A stretch of 63,926 nucleotides of DNA, counting the filler, from Octopus bimaculoides (taxonomy: Eukaryota): NCBI RefSeq assembly GCF_001194135.2. It is 6 parts of 6 records of this genome, joined end to end, with 100 filler letters (N's around TTAATTAATTAA, not from the genome) between each part and the next. Parts side by side here need not be neighbours in the genome. Positions count along the whole stretch, not along the records: positions 51,623 to 61,933 come from NC_068982.1; positions 62,034 to 63,926 come from NW_026374619.1; 4 more parts are not named here. One strand, 5' to 3'. The translations under genes were made by a program, and so were the position numbers. A model generated the notes under the pieces. That model made no database searches, was not told where the DNA came from, and was given only the letters and a program-made list of their open reading frames with translations. Positions 51,523-63,926 of the stretch are shown here, piece by piece. The stretch's first letter is position 1. Each line of letters opens with the position of its first letter.

Positions 51523-51884
51523 NNNNNNNNNNNNNNNNNNNNNNNNNNNNNNNNNNNNNNNNNNNNTTAATTAATTAANNNNNNNNNNNNNNNNNNNNNN
51601 NNNNNNNNNNNNNNNNNNNNNNCGGAACCATGCAGTTGGCAAGCAAGGAAGCTTCTTACCACAATACTACATCCACGCCCATTTTTCGTAAATTTACAAG
51701 ATTTTAAATATTTGTTCGAATTTCAATCTATTAAAGTCGCTGTGTTACAAGCTTATCCTTTATCTTGCATCTAATTCGAAAGTCGTAAAAGCCAAAATAC
51801 GACTGACGTCCTGACGAAACGGACGCTGGTATGAGGTGAAAATATTTGAGGCTTTTATCATGTATATTACTTCTCCGTTTACTT

Positions 51885-52250
51885 ACTTTAGTCATTCAAC
51901 TGCAACCATGCTGGAGCAGTGTCTTGGAGAATGTTTATTCGAATGGATCCAACTGTGTACTTATTTTTCTAAAGCCTGATATTTACTCTATCAATCACTT
52001 TAGCAGTACCGCTCTGTTACAGGGGCATAAATGCACCAACACCGATTGTCAATTGATAATGGGTGACAAACACAGAAACACACACACACGCACACACACA
52101 CACACATGTATACGACGAGTTTCCTTAATTTTCGTCTACAAAATCCATTCAAAGGATTTGGTCGGCCCGTGGCTATGTTAGAAGACAGTTGCCCAAGGTG
52201 CCACGCAGTGGGACTGAACTCGGAACCAAGTGGTTGATAAGCCATGTAAC
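51885..52250 (-). mobile_element. Composite SINE family A, diverged, both modules
   Basis: Same two modules as 24905-25207, joined by (CA)n. Confidence 0.75.
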
Positions 52251-53184
52251 TACAAAGCGAATAATTTTGTAGTAAATGCACTTAACGAAGCATTTTAAAA
52301 ACACAGACTTCAGACAATATTTGGTGTGTGTGTGTGTGTGTGTGTGTTATTTTTAACTCACCATTGGTGCACTCTTTACGTAGGCAAACAATTAAATATC
52401 AGAAGATTTCTGTTTGTAACAGAGCTGTGTGCAGGGATTGGCGTGCTGTCGTATACTGACCTTGTTTATTAATCTTATAACTATCAGAACATGCTAAATT
52501 ATGATCGAATTTTAGGAGTGGAATATGAAAGCTTGAAAGTAGTTTCATAAAAGATCCAGTGGGTTTATGATTTAAGGAGATATTTTCTTATTAAAAATGT
52601 TTCTAACCTAATAGTGTTGTGAATGGGATATTGAAGAAATGTGGTTACCACGTAGTGCCTTCTTCTCCTTATTCTCCTCCTCCTCCTCCTCCTCCTCCTT
52701 CTTCTTCTTCTTCTTCTTCTTCTTCTTCTTCTTCTTCTTCTTCTTCTTCTTCTTCTTCTTCTTCTTCTTCTTCTTCTTCTTNNNNNNNNNNNNNNNNNNN
52801 NNNNNNNNNNNNNNNNNNNNNNNNNNNNNNNNNNNNNNNNNNNNNNNNNNNNNNNNNNNNNNNNNNNNNNNNNNNNNNNNNNNNNNNNNNNNNNNNNNNN
52901 NNNNNNNNNNNNNNNNNNNNNNNNNNNNNNNNNNNNNNNNNNNNNNNNNNNNNNNNNNNNNNNNNNNNNNNNNNNNNNNNNNNNNNNNNNNNNNNNNNNN
53001 NNNNNNNNNNNNNNNNNNNNNNNNNNNNNNNNNNNNNNNNNNNNNNNNNNNNNNNNNNNNNNNNNNNNNNNNNNNNNNNNNNNNNNNNNNNNNNNNNNNN
53101 NNNNNNNNNNNNNNNNNNNNNNNNNNNNNNNNNNNNNNNNNNNNNNNNNNNNNNNNNNNNNNNNNNNNNNNNNNNNNNNNNNNN

Positions 53185-53221
<37 letters not shown>

Positions 53222-53724
53222 GGAATATGTTACAAAAACAGAAACTACACGTGGAAATATAAGGGGAAAGTAAGGAGAATTATAAGCGAAAATGCACATT
53301 GGAAATCAAAAAAAGTAAAGGCTTTTTTATGAAAAGTAACGATAGATATATACAATTAGATGAACTGAGGTAAGAATAAAAGTGATAAAAGTCATTATTT
53401 TGAATTGTTAAAGAGATTCAAAAGCATACCAATTTCGTAAAGTTACTAATCATAGCTTTCAATGCACACCGCTTACTGAACGGTGTCAGGTCTACTAGTC
53501 CCCGAGTTAAAAGATTATGTGTAAGAGAGGTAAGTAGTTCTGGATTTGATGCAATTAGGGTAGATATAGATCTGTGATGTAAATGGTGTATGGGGGTTAG
53601 TGGTATTAATTTAAAGGTTAGTAGTGTTCTGTATTATGTTATGCGTTCATATTTAGTTGTGGAAGATCTTTACTGATGAAAGTTGCCTCTTTTAGTTGCC
53701 TGGTGTAATTCGATCATTTATTAA

Positions 53725-53950
53725 TGATATTGGGTAATGTCTTTTCATTAGTATTGAGTTCAAGGAGCCTTTGTTCACGAGTATAGGTGTCCGAAACGAT
53801 GGTACATATTCTTTTCGCTTGATTATAAGATATATTCATTTTTATGAGTTTGGGGTGGTATGAGTTGTATAATAGACATTGTTTAGAGTCTGTGGTTTTT
53901 TAGAAGATATCTGTTTCGATGTGGTTATTAACTATTTTCATTAGGATGTC
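53725..53950 (-). mobile_element. PLE reverse transcriptase thumb-region pseudogene
   Basis: Minus strand: DILMKIVNNHIETDIF*KTTDSKQCLLYNSYHPK..MNISYNQAKRICTIVSD...RLLEL, matching PLE T..Y.K.T...YL...S.HP...IP....RI..I.S. Confidence 0.8.
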
Positions 53951-53954
53951 AAGT

Positions 53955-54068
53955 AAATGGGTTCAGTCCCACTGTGTGGCACCTGTCGCAGATGCTTCCT
54001 GCTATTCTCTCGGGCCGGTCAAATTCTTGTGGGTGGATTTGGTAGACGGAAACTGAAAGAAGCCCCTC

Positions 54069-54075
<7 letters not shown>
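53955..54075 (+). mobile_element. SINE family A, 5'-truncated, abutting the PLE fragment
   Basis: GGGTTCAGTCCCACTG...GTGGATTTGGTAGACGGAAACTGAAAGAAGCCC followed by (TA)n. Confidence 0.85.
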
Positions 54076-54139
<64 letters not shown>

Positions 54140-55356
54140 TATATATAAACACGTGTATATATATAAACACGTGTATATATAAATATGAATACGCATGTGT
54201 ATGTACATGTGTTAGTGTGCGTATTCGTCTCTGCGTGTATCTAAAATGGCGTGTATATGTATATACATCTTAGTAGAGTAGGGAGCGAACTTTTGAGCTA
54301 TTCACTAGCTTGTAAATGAGGTTATGTAACGATTATTTCTATATTTTTAATGCAACATATTTCAATGCTTACCACCTAATAGATATTATATAATAACCCA
54401 GCATATTCCTCAAGCAACGTACATTAACATATATGGATATGAAAAGTATTACTTTCGAATTCGTTCAAATTTTCGATTTCTAACACAAAAGTGGAATAGA
54501 AATAACGATTTCATATGACCTTTTGTGATTAAGAGTAGTCATGTTGTTGACGCTTAATGGATTCTATGAATGGAATGAATATTTCGAATCAGTTGAAGTA
54601 TTCAGACACGGATATCAAAAATAAAATGTATTGGCATTTCGAATTAAATTATCAAATGTTAGTTTGTTGTTGCGACAATTCTAAAACAGGGAAATAATGA
54701 ATTTAAAACCCTCCACGAATTGATTATTTCGTTAATACTAATGTTCATGCAAATCTTAACTTCCACTTTGTAAAATTCTGCCAATCATACAAATTATTAC
54801 ACTGTTTAGTATTCAGGGTTTGAAGAATATATCAATAGAATTTTTATGACATCAGTCAAAATTAAGTATACCTTAGGAAACAAGCAGCAAAATATACCTA
54901 TATTAGCAAATGCATTTTGAGAACTCTGCCGATATTTACTAACACTATATTACAAGCTTCTAGAACGTGACTATGTTTATGTTTAGAGATATCTGGTTGA
55001 AATTCTATATTGAAATCCTTTATTGATAAATCAGATTCTACCAGTTTTAAATGTATTTATCTTTTACTTGTTTCAATCATTTCAAGAAATTGTGGTCTTT
55101 GGCACAGCTTTCAGGAGTTTTTAAAGTCCAGTACTTATTCCGTAGATCCTTTTCAATGCACCGTTAGGTGGAAGAGACGTAAACAAATCAACACCGGTAG
55201 CCAAACGGTGGAGGTACGTACAAACTTAGGCACAGTGATATACACACATGTGTATGCATATATGCATAAATAAATATGTATATATATATATGTATACACA
55301 CACACACATACATATATATACAAACATATGTATGTATCTACCTACCTACCAACCTA

Positions 55357-55420
<64 letters not shown>

Positions 55421-57536
55421 AATGTATGTATATATATATGTGTGTGTGTGTGCATATGCGTGTGTGTTTGTGTGTACTGGAATATGCCACACAGCTTCTG
55501 TCTAATAAATTCAATCACTAGTTATCGGTTGACTTGGGCCTGTAGCAGAAGACCACGTGATACATCCTGACCTTGTAGCCATAGCTGATCATATGAGAAC
55601 TTTTGTTTAATATTCATTAGCGTATATGGGTTTGATGAAGAAATTAATAAATTGTTAGTAGATTACTTTAATATTGTTGTTATCCTTCTTTAATGTTTCC
55701 ATTAGTCAACTTTGATTCAACGGATTTTTTGAAGTAGGTAGTTTGATTGTTAAAGCTTTGATAACACGTTTTAGTAAATATAAGTTTAAATATGATGTAA
55801 ATTTGATAAACTACTTATATCTTGTGTATCGTGAAGATAAATACGAATACCTTGGATCTGCTGTTTCATTGCTACTTGTTGTTGAGTACAATAGTGGGTA
55901 TGTTTAACCATTTTTAATTACAAGTATCTTATGATCTATTGTCAATACATAGTCACAAATTTAAATTTTAACCATTTTGAGCTAATTCTTTTTTGACAGC
56001 CCTACTGCTATATAAAAAATAGCTTCACAGATATTATTCCTAATTCGAAATTTATTGAATTTTTACGTTATGGTGCTACAGGTACAACAATACACAACGT
56101 TAAGTTGCTAATACTGTTTCTCTAACGCTCCCAGAACAGTCGAGACACAGAAGGAGGCGTTATTTTATTACTAATATGAAAGAGAGAGTATGAATGGATT
56201 CTCTTAGTTCTATTCTTAATTCTGAGACTACATATTGATGATATATTGTAACTAAATAAATAATATTCCTTCAATTACTTCCTGCTGAGTTATTTGATTT
56301 ATTCCTTGTTATATTTTCGATATGATATTTTCCAGGCAAATGTAGCTAACTTTTATTCTATTCGCATCAAAAATAGGTTATGAACTTTCTGGCTGATAAG
56401 ATCAGATTTATTTCACATTAGTTGGAAATCTCTTATTCAATTAGGAACTAGAATTACACTAACTGGGTGAGGACGATAATTCAAATATTTTATACATTCT
56501 TACATTCATAACATTGTGGAGTCTCATCAAGATATTTTCATATTTCTAGATTCTATTCAACGCATGTCTGTAAAGGAGTTCAGCGTGATTAATGATAATA
56601 GAATCAGAAGATTTATTGAACACATTTCTATTGATGGCACATATTAAATCTGTTATGATTGCAGCTGAATGATTGTAGTTCTTAATAGAATGTGTTATGT
56701 ATTCATCTGGGTATCTGTAAGGATAGAGCCTGTCTGTAGTACTATACATGTATATTATATTAAGATAAGTTCATTTGATATTTAGTAGTGTTCCCTATAG
56801 TAAATGTTTAGTATGGTTATAAACCAGTAATATATCATAAGTTGTTATTGTTGCTTTAATCAAGTCAAATCTATTCGAGCAGGTTTATGATCAAATGTTT
56901 TACCACCGTGATCATCCCGTCATTGTATAAATCAAAGTTTAGATTACCTCGTGTAGCCGGCTATCTATGAAACAACAAGGCATGATTTGAGGTAGATTTT
57001 AATGTATTACTCCATTAATGTGGCAATATGGCGTGGTTTGCAATACATTATTTGCTGTTTTTATTGTATTCCACTTCGAGGTAAAGACTTGCTCGTCGGC
57101 TGATCACTTCTTAAGATGGTCTAAATAGTATTTTATAGTTCAACTATATCTAGTAAAGTTTCATTTATAAATGTCCATGATGTTATTAAAAGGATGGGGT
57201 ATTGTCAACTATTTTCCCTATTTTCTAGAAACAGAGTTGTACCATTACTTTAATTGGAAACACCACAAAATGTGCACGCAATTCGAGGACCCATAGGCAC
57301 ATTAATAAGATCAGGATCTTTATGTCCAATAAGGCAGTGCAAAAAATGATGGACATGTGTACCGTTTGAATTTCTTGTTCTGCATGCTTCATTTATAGAG
57401 ATAATAGTATAGAAATTCTGAAGCTTTCTTAAGAAGCAAAGTTGAAATTAATGGGATACTTCGATGGTGCAGAAGGTATATTCAAGCACTGAAAAACGTC
57501 TCCATGTGTAGCTGAGGCTGATACTTATGTTTCGTT

Positions 57537-57607
<71 letters not shown>

Positions 57608-58580
57608 CACACGCACACACAAACACACACATATATATATATATATATAAACATATATACATATATATGTGCGTGTGTATGTGTGTGAGTGTGAGAGTGT
57701 GTGATGGATACACCTGTACAAATGATTTGATTATAGTGATCAAATATTCATGCTGCACTTTAGCTCGGCATCTCCACCACATAGACATTGTCTGGACAAG
57801 TAGAGAGAGTGCCGCGTGCCAGGAGTCAAAAGCGATCACAGAGCAACGTGAGATGAAATCTTTTGCTCAAGAACACAACGCACCACCCGTTCTAGGAATT
57901 GAAATTACAATCGTATTTCGAGGGAGATTAGAGACATATTCTTTGTATAGAATCCGCTTTGTAGTGCTCCAGAGCTTTTAACTTGAGCAAATAGAGGAGT
58001 AAATGTAAGGACAAGCCAATTAGGCAAGTTGATATACAAAAAAAAATAAATAAATAAATACATTTAATACAAAAAATGTACATATTTATACATATAACAA
58101 AAATCGGAATTACACAGAATAGATATGATATCAAAAATTAATGTGGTTAAATCAGGATTTTGCGTGTCCAACAACGGTTTCTGGGGGTTTTCTGGTACAA
58201 AATAAGTTAAGGCTGACATGGTTGACTAAAATTGTCGAAACAATCAGTGCTCTGAATGTTTTCTGTGAAATATTTGTAGAAAATGTACACATGGTAAAAT
58301 TCATAACGGTTTTGCGTTTCCCGCTACTTTCGTCCATTAGTGTCACGTCACAGTATATATTGCACCTTTATATAATATCATTATTTGGTAAATTTGTTAG
58401 TAAGGATACATTAATCCAGTAGAATATTATAAGTTGATAAACTTTAACTATAATTATTAAAATTAAATAGTTAGTAAATCTTAGTTGGAATGAATAATAA
58501 TTATATAATTATATATTCATTTATTATTTTTCTATAGATTTATATATATTCATGTGAATATTTATGGGGAAGTATATAGT

Positions 58581-58625
<45 letters not shown>

Positions 58626-59234
58626 GTGTGTGTGTGTGTGTGTAAGTGTGTGTGTATGTGTGTGCGTGTGTGCGTGTATTTGAAAGAATAACTAATTATT
58701 TGTTATTTATTTATTATTACTATTATTAAAATTATTATTATTATTTGATATATGTAGCTAAATGTATACACACATATATATATGATGCATGACATGTCTA
58801 TATAGTTATATGTGTGTATATGTAAGTGTGTATATGTATATATGTATATGTGTGTGTATGCGCGCGCATGTGTTTATATGTATATATATGTGTGTATATC
58901 TATATGTATTTAAAGTCATATACATGTTACTTCATGGATGATTACGTAATTAAAGAATATCAATAACGAAATAAATTGGTAAGTAATCAAAGTAATTAAA
59001 TCAATTAATTAATAGATACATAATGTTTTGGTAAAACTCTAACATTATTGATGATTATGTGAATGCAGCTTTCCTTGTGATGCTTTACTCATCTTTATCA
59101 CGTGATCCATATTTTTGATGTGGATAATATAATTTTCTAATATAATTTTTTAATATAAAGTCATACATTATTGTATTTTATATTGAGTAATTATAATCAT
59201 TTAGATTAAATTTAATAATATAGAAATAACTTTA

Positions 59235-59808
59235 TAGAAGACCCTATAGTAAATAAAAATATTTCTATTGGCTATTGCATTTCCGGTTCTTCTGTTATTT
59301 TCGAAAATATGAATGCATAATATTATATACATATTGATTTACCGTAGTTTATTTTCCTCTGGAAAACTAAGTAAAATTGTATTATTTATTTTATTTACTT
59401 ATTTATGTATTTGCTTACTTATTTATGTAATAATTAGCATAAATAAGAAATTTATCGGTAAATAAGCAATGATTATAACTTTAAGGTATGTTATAACAAT
59501 TCTTAAATATAATTATATATATTAATCATATATATAACTAAATTAATATCCAGTACCGCTGCGCTAGTCTCCTTTAGAGAGACATAGAAATATTAATATT
59601 TCTATATATAAATATAATTATTTAAAATTTATTATACAAATTTATTATACAAATACGAATAGTTATCGTAGACCCTATGATACTTAGTAACTTGCTATTG
59701 TAAACTTAAATATCTCTTGTTCTTCCGTTCTTTCGAAAGTATGAATCCATAAAAAATTATAAACATATTGACATACATTAAATTATTTTCCCCTGAAAAA
59801 CTAAGTAA
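59235..59808 (+). repeat. Diverged ~140 bp direct repeat (59235-59375, 59668-59808)
   Basis: Shared AGACCCTAT...GCTATTG...GTTCTTC.GTT.TTTCGAAA.TATGAAT.CATAA...CATATTGA...TTATTTTCC.CTG.AAAACTAAGTAA. Confidence 0.7.
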
Positions 59809-59879
59809 CTTTTTGATAATTTATTTGTTTTTCTTCTTATATTTATATTTTGTTTTTTCCTCAGCTCAGAGTTCTTGAG

Positions 59880-60340
59880 ATTGTTACTAAAGAGAGCCTC
59901 TTCTAATATGCGGCATTTCCCCCTCTTGCTGTGATGTAGGTTCATCTGGTACTCTCGACATGTGTAGGTCCCTCAGGCTCTTTGGGAAAATATTAAGAAG
60001 TTGAAACCCAGGCTGTTGCAGTAAGTAGTCCTGAAGTGCGATGGCATTGCCGGAATATTTGGCACTCTGCATGTCGACCCATTCTGGCAATGATGAAGCT
60101 TTCATTGTTAAAATTTGGCACAATTTCTTCCAAGCTCTTTCAGATGTATATCTATGCACACCACTCCCACTTTCGCTCCAGGGAGTAGCATCTTAGATGT
60201 TTTAGCCTTTACTAGTAGCTGAGCTGTTGCAATGAGACGGTCATCTACGTGAAGTTTCGCTGGATTGCTTCAAAGTCCGCTCTCAATTTTACACTGTTGG
60301 CTGATCATAGCTGGGAGTAGTAATCCAAGCGGCATGTTTC
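59880..60340 (-). mobile_element. CR1/L2-group LINE 3' fragment
   Basis: QLLNIFPKSLRDLH...VPDEPTSQQE; same family motifs as 17755 and 49990. Confidence 0.65.
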
Positions 60341-60544
60341 TTTATTTTATATTCAAATAAATAATCGTAATTTTTATACAATTGTTTAATATCGGCGTAT
60401 TTAGATTAAACAAACCATTTGATGATTAAATAATTCAAGGTTTTATTTTAAAAATTATTTTAGTAAATTTCTATTATAATATAGAGAGGTACCTGCATAG
60501 CAATTGACCTGATCTGAGCTAGAGTTCTGAAAAAAAAAAAACAA

Positions 60545-60770
60545 TTGAATCGCGGAAGGTGTTTATAACACATTTAAACACACAAAAACTGTTAGATTTA
60601 CTTCAACATTTAAAATTAATTTGCCAAAATATTTTCGTCGCTTTGAGACCGCAACCTGTTCACTGACAGAGACGAAAATATTTTGGCAAATTAAATTTAA
60701 ATGCTGAAGTGAATCTAACGGTTTTTGTGTATTTTTAAATGACTTACAAACACCTAAGACGCTGCAATTG
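60545..60770. mobile_element. Palindromic foldback element
   Basis: 60571-60639 and 60671-60741 are near-perfect reverse complements around a 31 nt loop; weaker pairing extends about 25 bp further each side. Confidence 0.85.
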
Positions 60771-61559
60771 TGTTTTTATAATATAATTATGTCATTATGA
60801 TAATGTGTGGTTTTTAATTTTTTGAATGTTATTTCTTAAATAAAGTATGTAATTTTTAATTTTGATTGCATTTTTAGTATGGGTGACTATAAATAATGAA
60901 TACAGTGTAATTTATAATATTATTTAGTATTGGCCAAGTGAGAATAACATATTTGAATAATTTTTTCTTTAGTTTTTAACCATGACAAATCGCAGGTTGT
61001 TTTTGTCTTATAATACTAGTGAGAATAAGAATTATTTAAAAATAAATTGTCTGAATAACGTGTATTTTTCCTAATAGTATTGAAGAATAAAAGGAGATAT
61101 TTCCTATTTCGAAATAAATTCTTAGCATATTATTATCATCAGTTTTAAACTAATGCTCAGAAATATATTTATTCATAAATGTACACAAACATATTTATGA
61201 CCATTATATTAGCTTTTATTCATTTATTTGTTATCTATTCTAATATTTTGTTTTTATTATATATTTCTATTATATATATATATATATATATNNNNNNNNN
61301 NATCAAGAAGAAGGAGAATGAAAATGTTTTTTTACAAAGAAGTACAAAATGAAGAAAATAATATATAAGACAATAATATATAAAAAATAAATATACCCAT
61401 ACATTATATTGTCTTTGAGGTTTTGTAGTTCAATAGTAGTTCATGTATAAACTGGTAGGAAAAATAAGGATGCATGAGAGTTGAGAGTTTTGTTAAGTTT
61501 AAAAAAAGGGTTAAAAGTTTGTGTTAAGCAGGATATGTGGTGTCAAAACAGGAAGTGTG

Positions 61560-61930
61560 TGTAAGGGGAGACAAGTGTTTTTAGTCCTCACTTGCGCAGG
61601 TTGCCAAAACTTCTATATCGGACAGACGAGCCGCCCATTGCGTAGAAGAGTAGCTGTCCATAAGGAACAAATAAACCTCCCTCAATACCGCCAAATTCCA
61701 CTTAGTGGCCACATAGACTCTTGCGCCAAAAACTAAAACCCCAAATTCATTATATTCCCTTTCTATCAATGTAAAGACAGAATCTCCACACAAGAAAGAA
61801 TCAACAAGGAGAATCTTTTCATAGAGAAATTCCAACCATTTCTTAACACACACACCCCTCAGTGACCTTATTTCTCTATGAACAGACAAACTTCCTGTTG
61901 AAAAAAAGAGTTCATAACTCCAACTAAAAA
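61560..61930 (+). mobile_element. PLE 3' end: GIY-YIG endonuclease pseudogene plus degenerate hammerhead-like tail
   Basis: VFLVLTCAGCQNFYIGQTSRPLRRRVAVHKEQI...HIDSC...*...RINKENLFIEKFQPFLN. Downstream CTGTTGA...gagtt cat aactc with GAAA lost. Confidence 0.85.
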
Positions 61931-62036
61931 CACNNNNNNNNNNNNNNNNNNNNNNNNNNNNNNNNNNNNNNNNNNNNTTAATTAATTAANNNNNNNNNNN
62001 NNNNNNNNNNNNNNNNNNNNNNNNNNNNNNNNNATG

Positions 62037-62067
<31 letters not shown>

Positions 62068-62127
62068 GGAGGTTTGTGTGCCTATGTGTATTTGATAACG
62101 TACTTTTTAATTGAGAAAAAATAGTGA

Positions 62128-62203
<76 letters not shown>

Positions 62204-62892
62204 AGTAAAGAAGGAAAGAAAGGTAGAGATGGAAATGGTTAGAGTGAACTGGAACTTAAAATAGAACAAAAAAGGAATCTGTTGAAATGCAGGCAACAAT
62301 AGAACTGTAGAAAACCGTTGAAAACCGTAGAAACCAAGTAGAATTGGTTACGGAATCGAACATTCTATTGGCAACATTATATAAATTTGACAACATTTAG
62401 GTATTACATTGATAGATCTTGTTGGAAATAAGCAATAGGCAAATAGTGGAATGGAGTCGGCTATGATGAAGATGATTATGGCCAAGTCCATAAATTTTGG
62501 CAACATTATGTCTATTGAAATTGCAAAGAGTTCACAACCATAAAATATGAGAAAATAGAATTAACAGGGTTTCATTTTAACACCCCCACTTTTTTCTTAT
62601 GATTTGAAAAAAAAATAATAAAAAATTGTTTTTTGTTTATTTTATTTTTTTATGATAATTTTTTTTTTCCAAGGGATTTTTTTTCTGTTACCTTTTTTTT
62701 TTTTTTCATTTTTGATAATAGAGGAGAAAGATGAAGAGAGATGGGAGAAGGGAATAAAGAGGGGGTTGGAATGGAAGATGGATAGGGGTTTGGTTGTGTT
62801 TCCCAGTGAAGAAAAGAAACGTGTTTTATTGAAGTTCTTTTATTGCAGTTTTAAGTATTGTTATTTCTGTAAATTTTTTGCTATTATTATTA

Positions 62893-62942
<50 letters not shown>

Positions 62943-62958
62943 ATTATTATCATTATTA

Positions 62959-63046
<88 letters not shown>

Positions 63047-63072
63047 CATTATTATTATTATTATTATTATTA

Positions 63073-63106
<34 letters not shown>

Positions 63107-63885
63107 TACACTTCATGTATTCATTTGTTGTTATTTCGCTGCTGTTGTTGTTATTGTTTATGTTTGTTTACGCCTTCATTATCATATATATTTTTCTCAT
63201 TTTCTTGTTTGTTTGTTTTTTTTGCTATTTTTTTACGTTTCTTTTTACTCTTACTTTTTACGTTTTCTTTTTTTATTTTGTTTTTGCTAACCATTGTTAT
63301 TATTGTTGTTGTTATTATTATTGTTGTGTTTTGATTCATTGTTTTTATCTATTTATTTATTTTTCTTTTACACATTACGTAGAGTATAATCCATGTAGAA
63401 AATTCTCGGTGCTTTGGGTAATGTTAAAAGAATTTGAAAGCCAGGAGCAAAAATAAAGTATGTAAATATATAAGAGTTGTCTGTTTGTTCTTGACAATTC
63501 TGTTGTTGTTGTTGCTGTTGTTGTTGTTGTTTGTTGTTGCTTTTGTTTCCCGTGTAGGTGTACATATGTGTGTATTTCTATAGAATTTTGTGTATGTATG
63601 TGTGCATGTCTGTGTGTTTGCGCCTGTGTTTTTCGTTTAATGTGTATTTTCGTTTTTATTATTTTTTTCTGCCTTTTTTTAGATACCTATAGCGTTGCTA
63701 TTGTTGTTGTTATTATTGTAAATATATATATTTTTTTAAAGGCTGATATAACATGATAATGTAGGAAAATTTCATTGTAAAGAGAGACATACAGTAGCAC
63801 ACACAATTCTACATACATACATATATACATACAGAAATACAGAAACGGAGAGACAAACAGACAGAAATCCATTGAAAGACAGAAG

Positions 63886-63926
<41 letters not shown>

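Noticed and set aside
51801-51825. CTGACGAAAC as a hammerhead core
   Set aside because: No stem II between CTGACGA and GAAA; the two motifs overlap.

Overview
Eukaryotic, AT-rich, microsatellite-saturated draft-assembly DNA with many N gaps. The SINE and microsatellite content suggests an octopus or other cephalopod (inference from remembered repeat families, not a search). There are no prokaryotic features, CRISPR arrays, rRNA or intact tRNA genes. The one convincing host coding sequence is a >=2.45 kb minus-strand exon (25956-28409): an N-terminal hydrophobic helix plus KKKKK, then about 780 acidic, disordered residues, ending at a GTAAGT donor. It best fits the large first coding exon of a mitochondrial AKAP1/spoonbill-like gene. 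Most of the rest is transposon debris: mariner, Gypsy, CR1-like and RTE-like LINEs, tRNA-derived SINEs, MITEs/foldbacks, and many Penelope-like element (PLE) pieces. Top observations: (1) a decayed PLE at 28510-30178 whose ORF reads 2A-like peptide, PLE N-terminal domain, Ulp1/SENP-type C48 protease, then PLE RT start, behind a hammerhead-like fold with a U3-A8 core; (2) about eight minimal type I hammerhead-like motifs, several with variant cores; (3) a tRNA-headed short repeat carrying a hammerhead in its tail. All family assignments come from manual translation and motif recall and need database confirmation.
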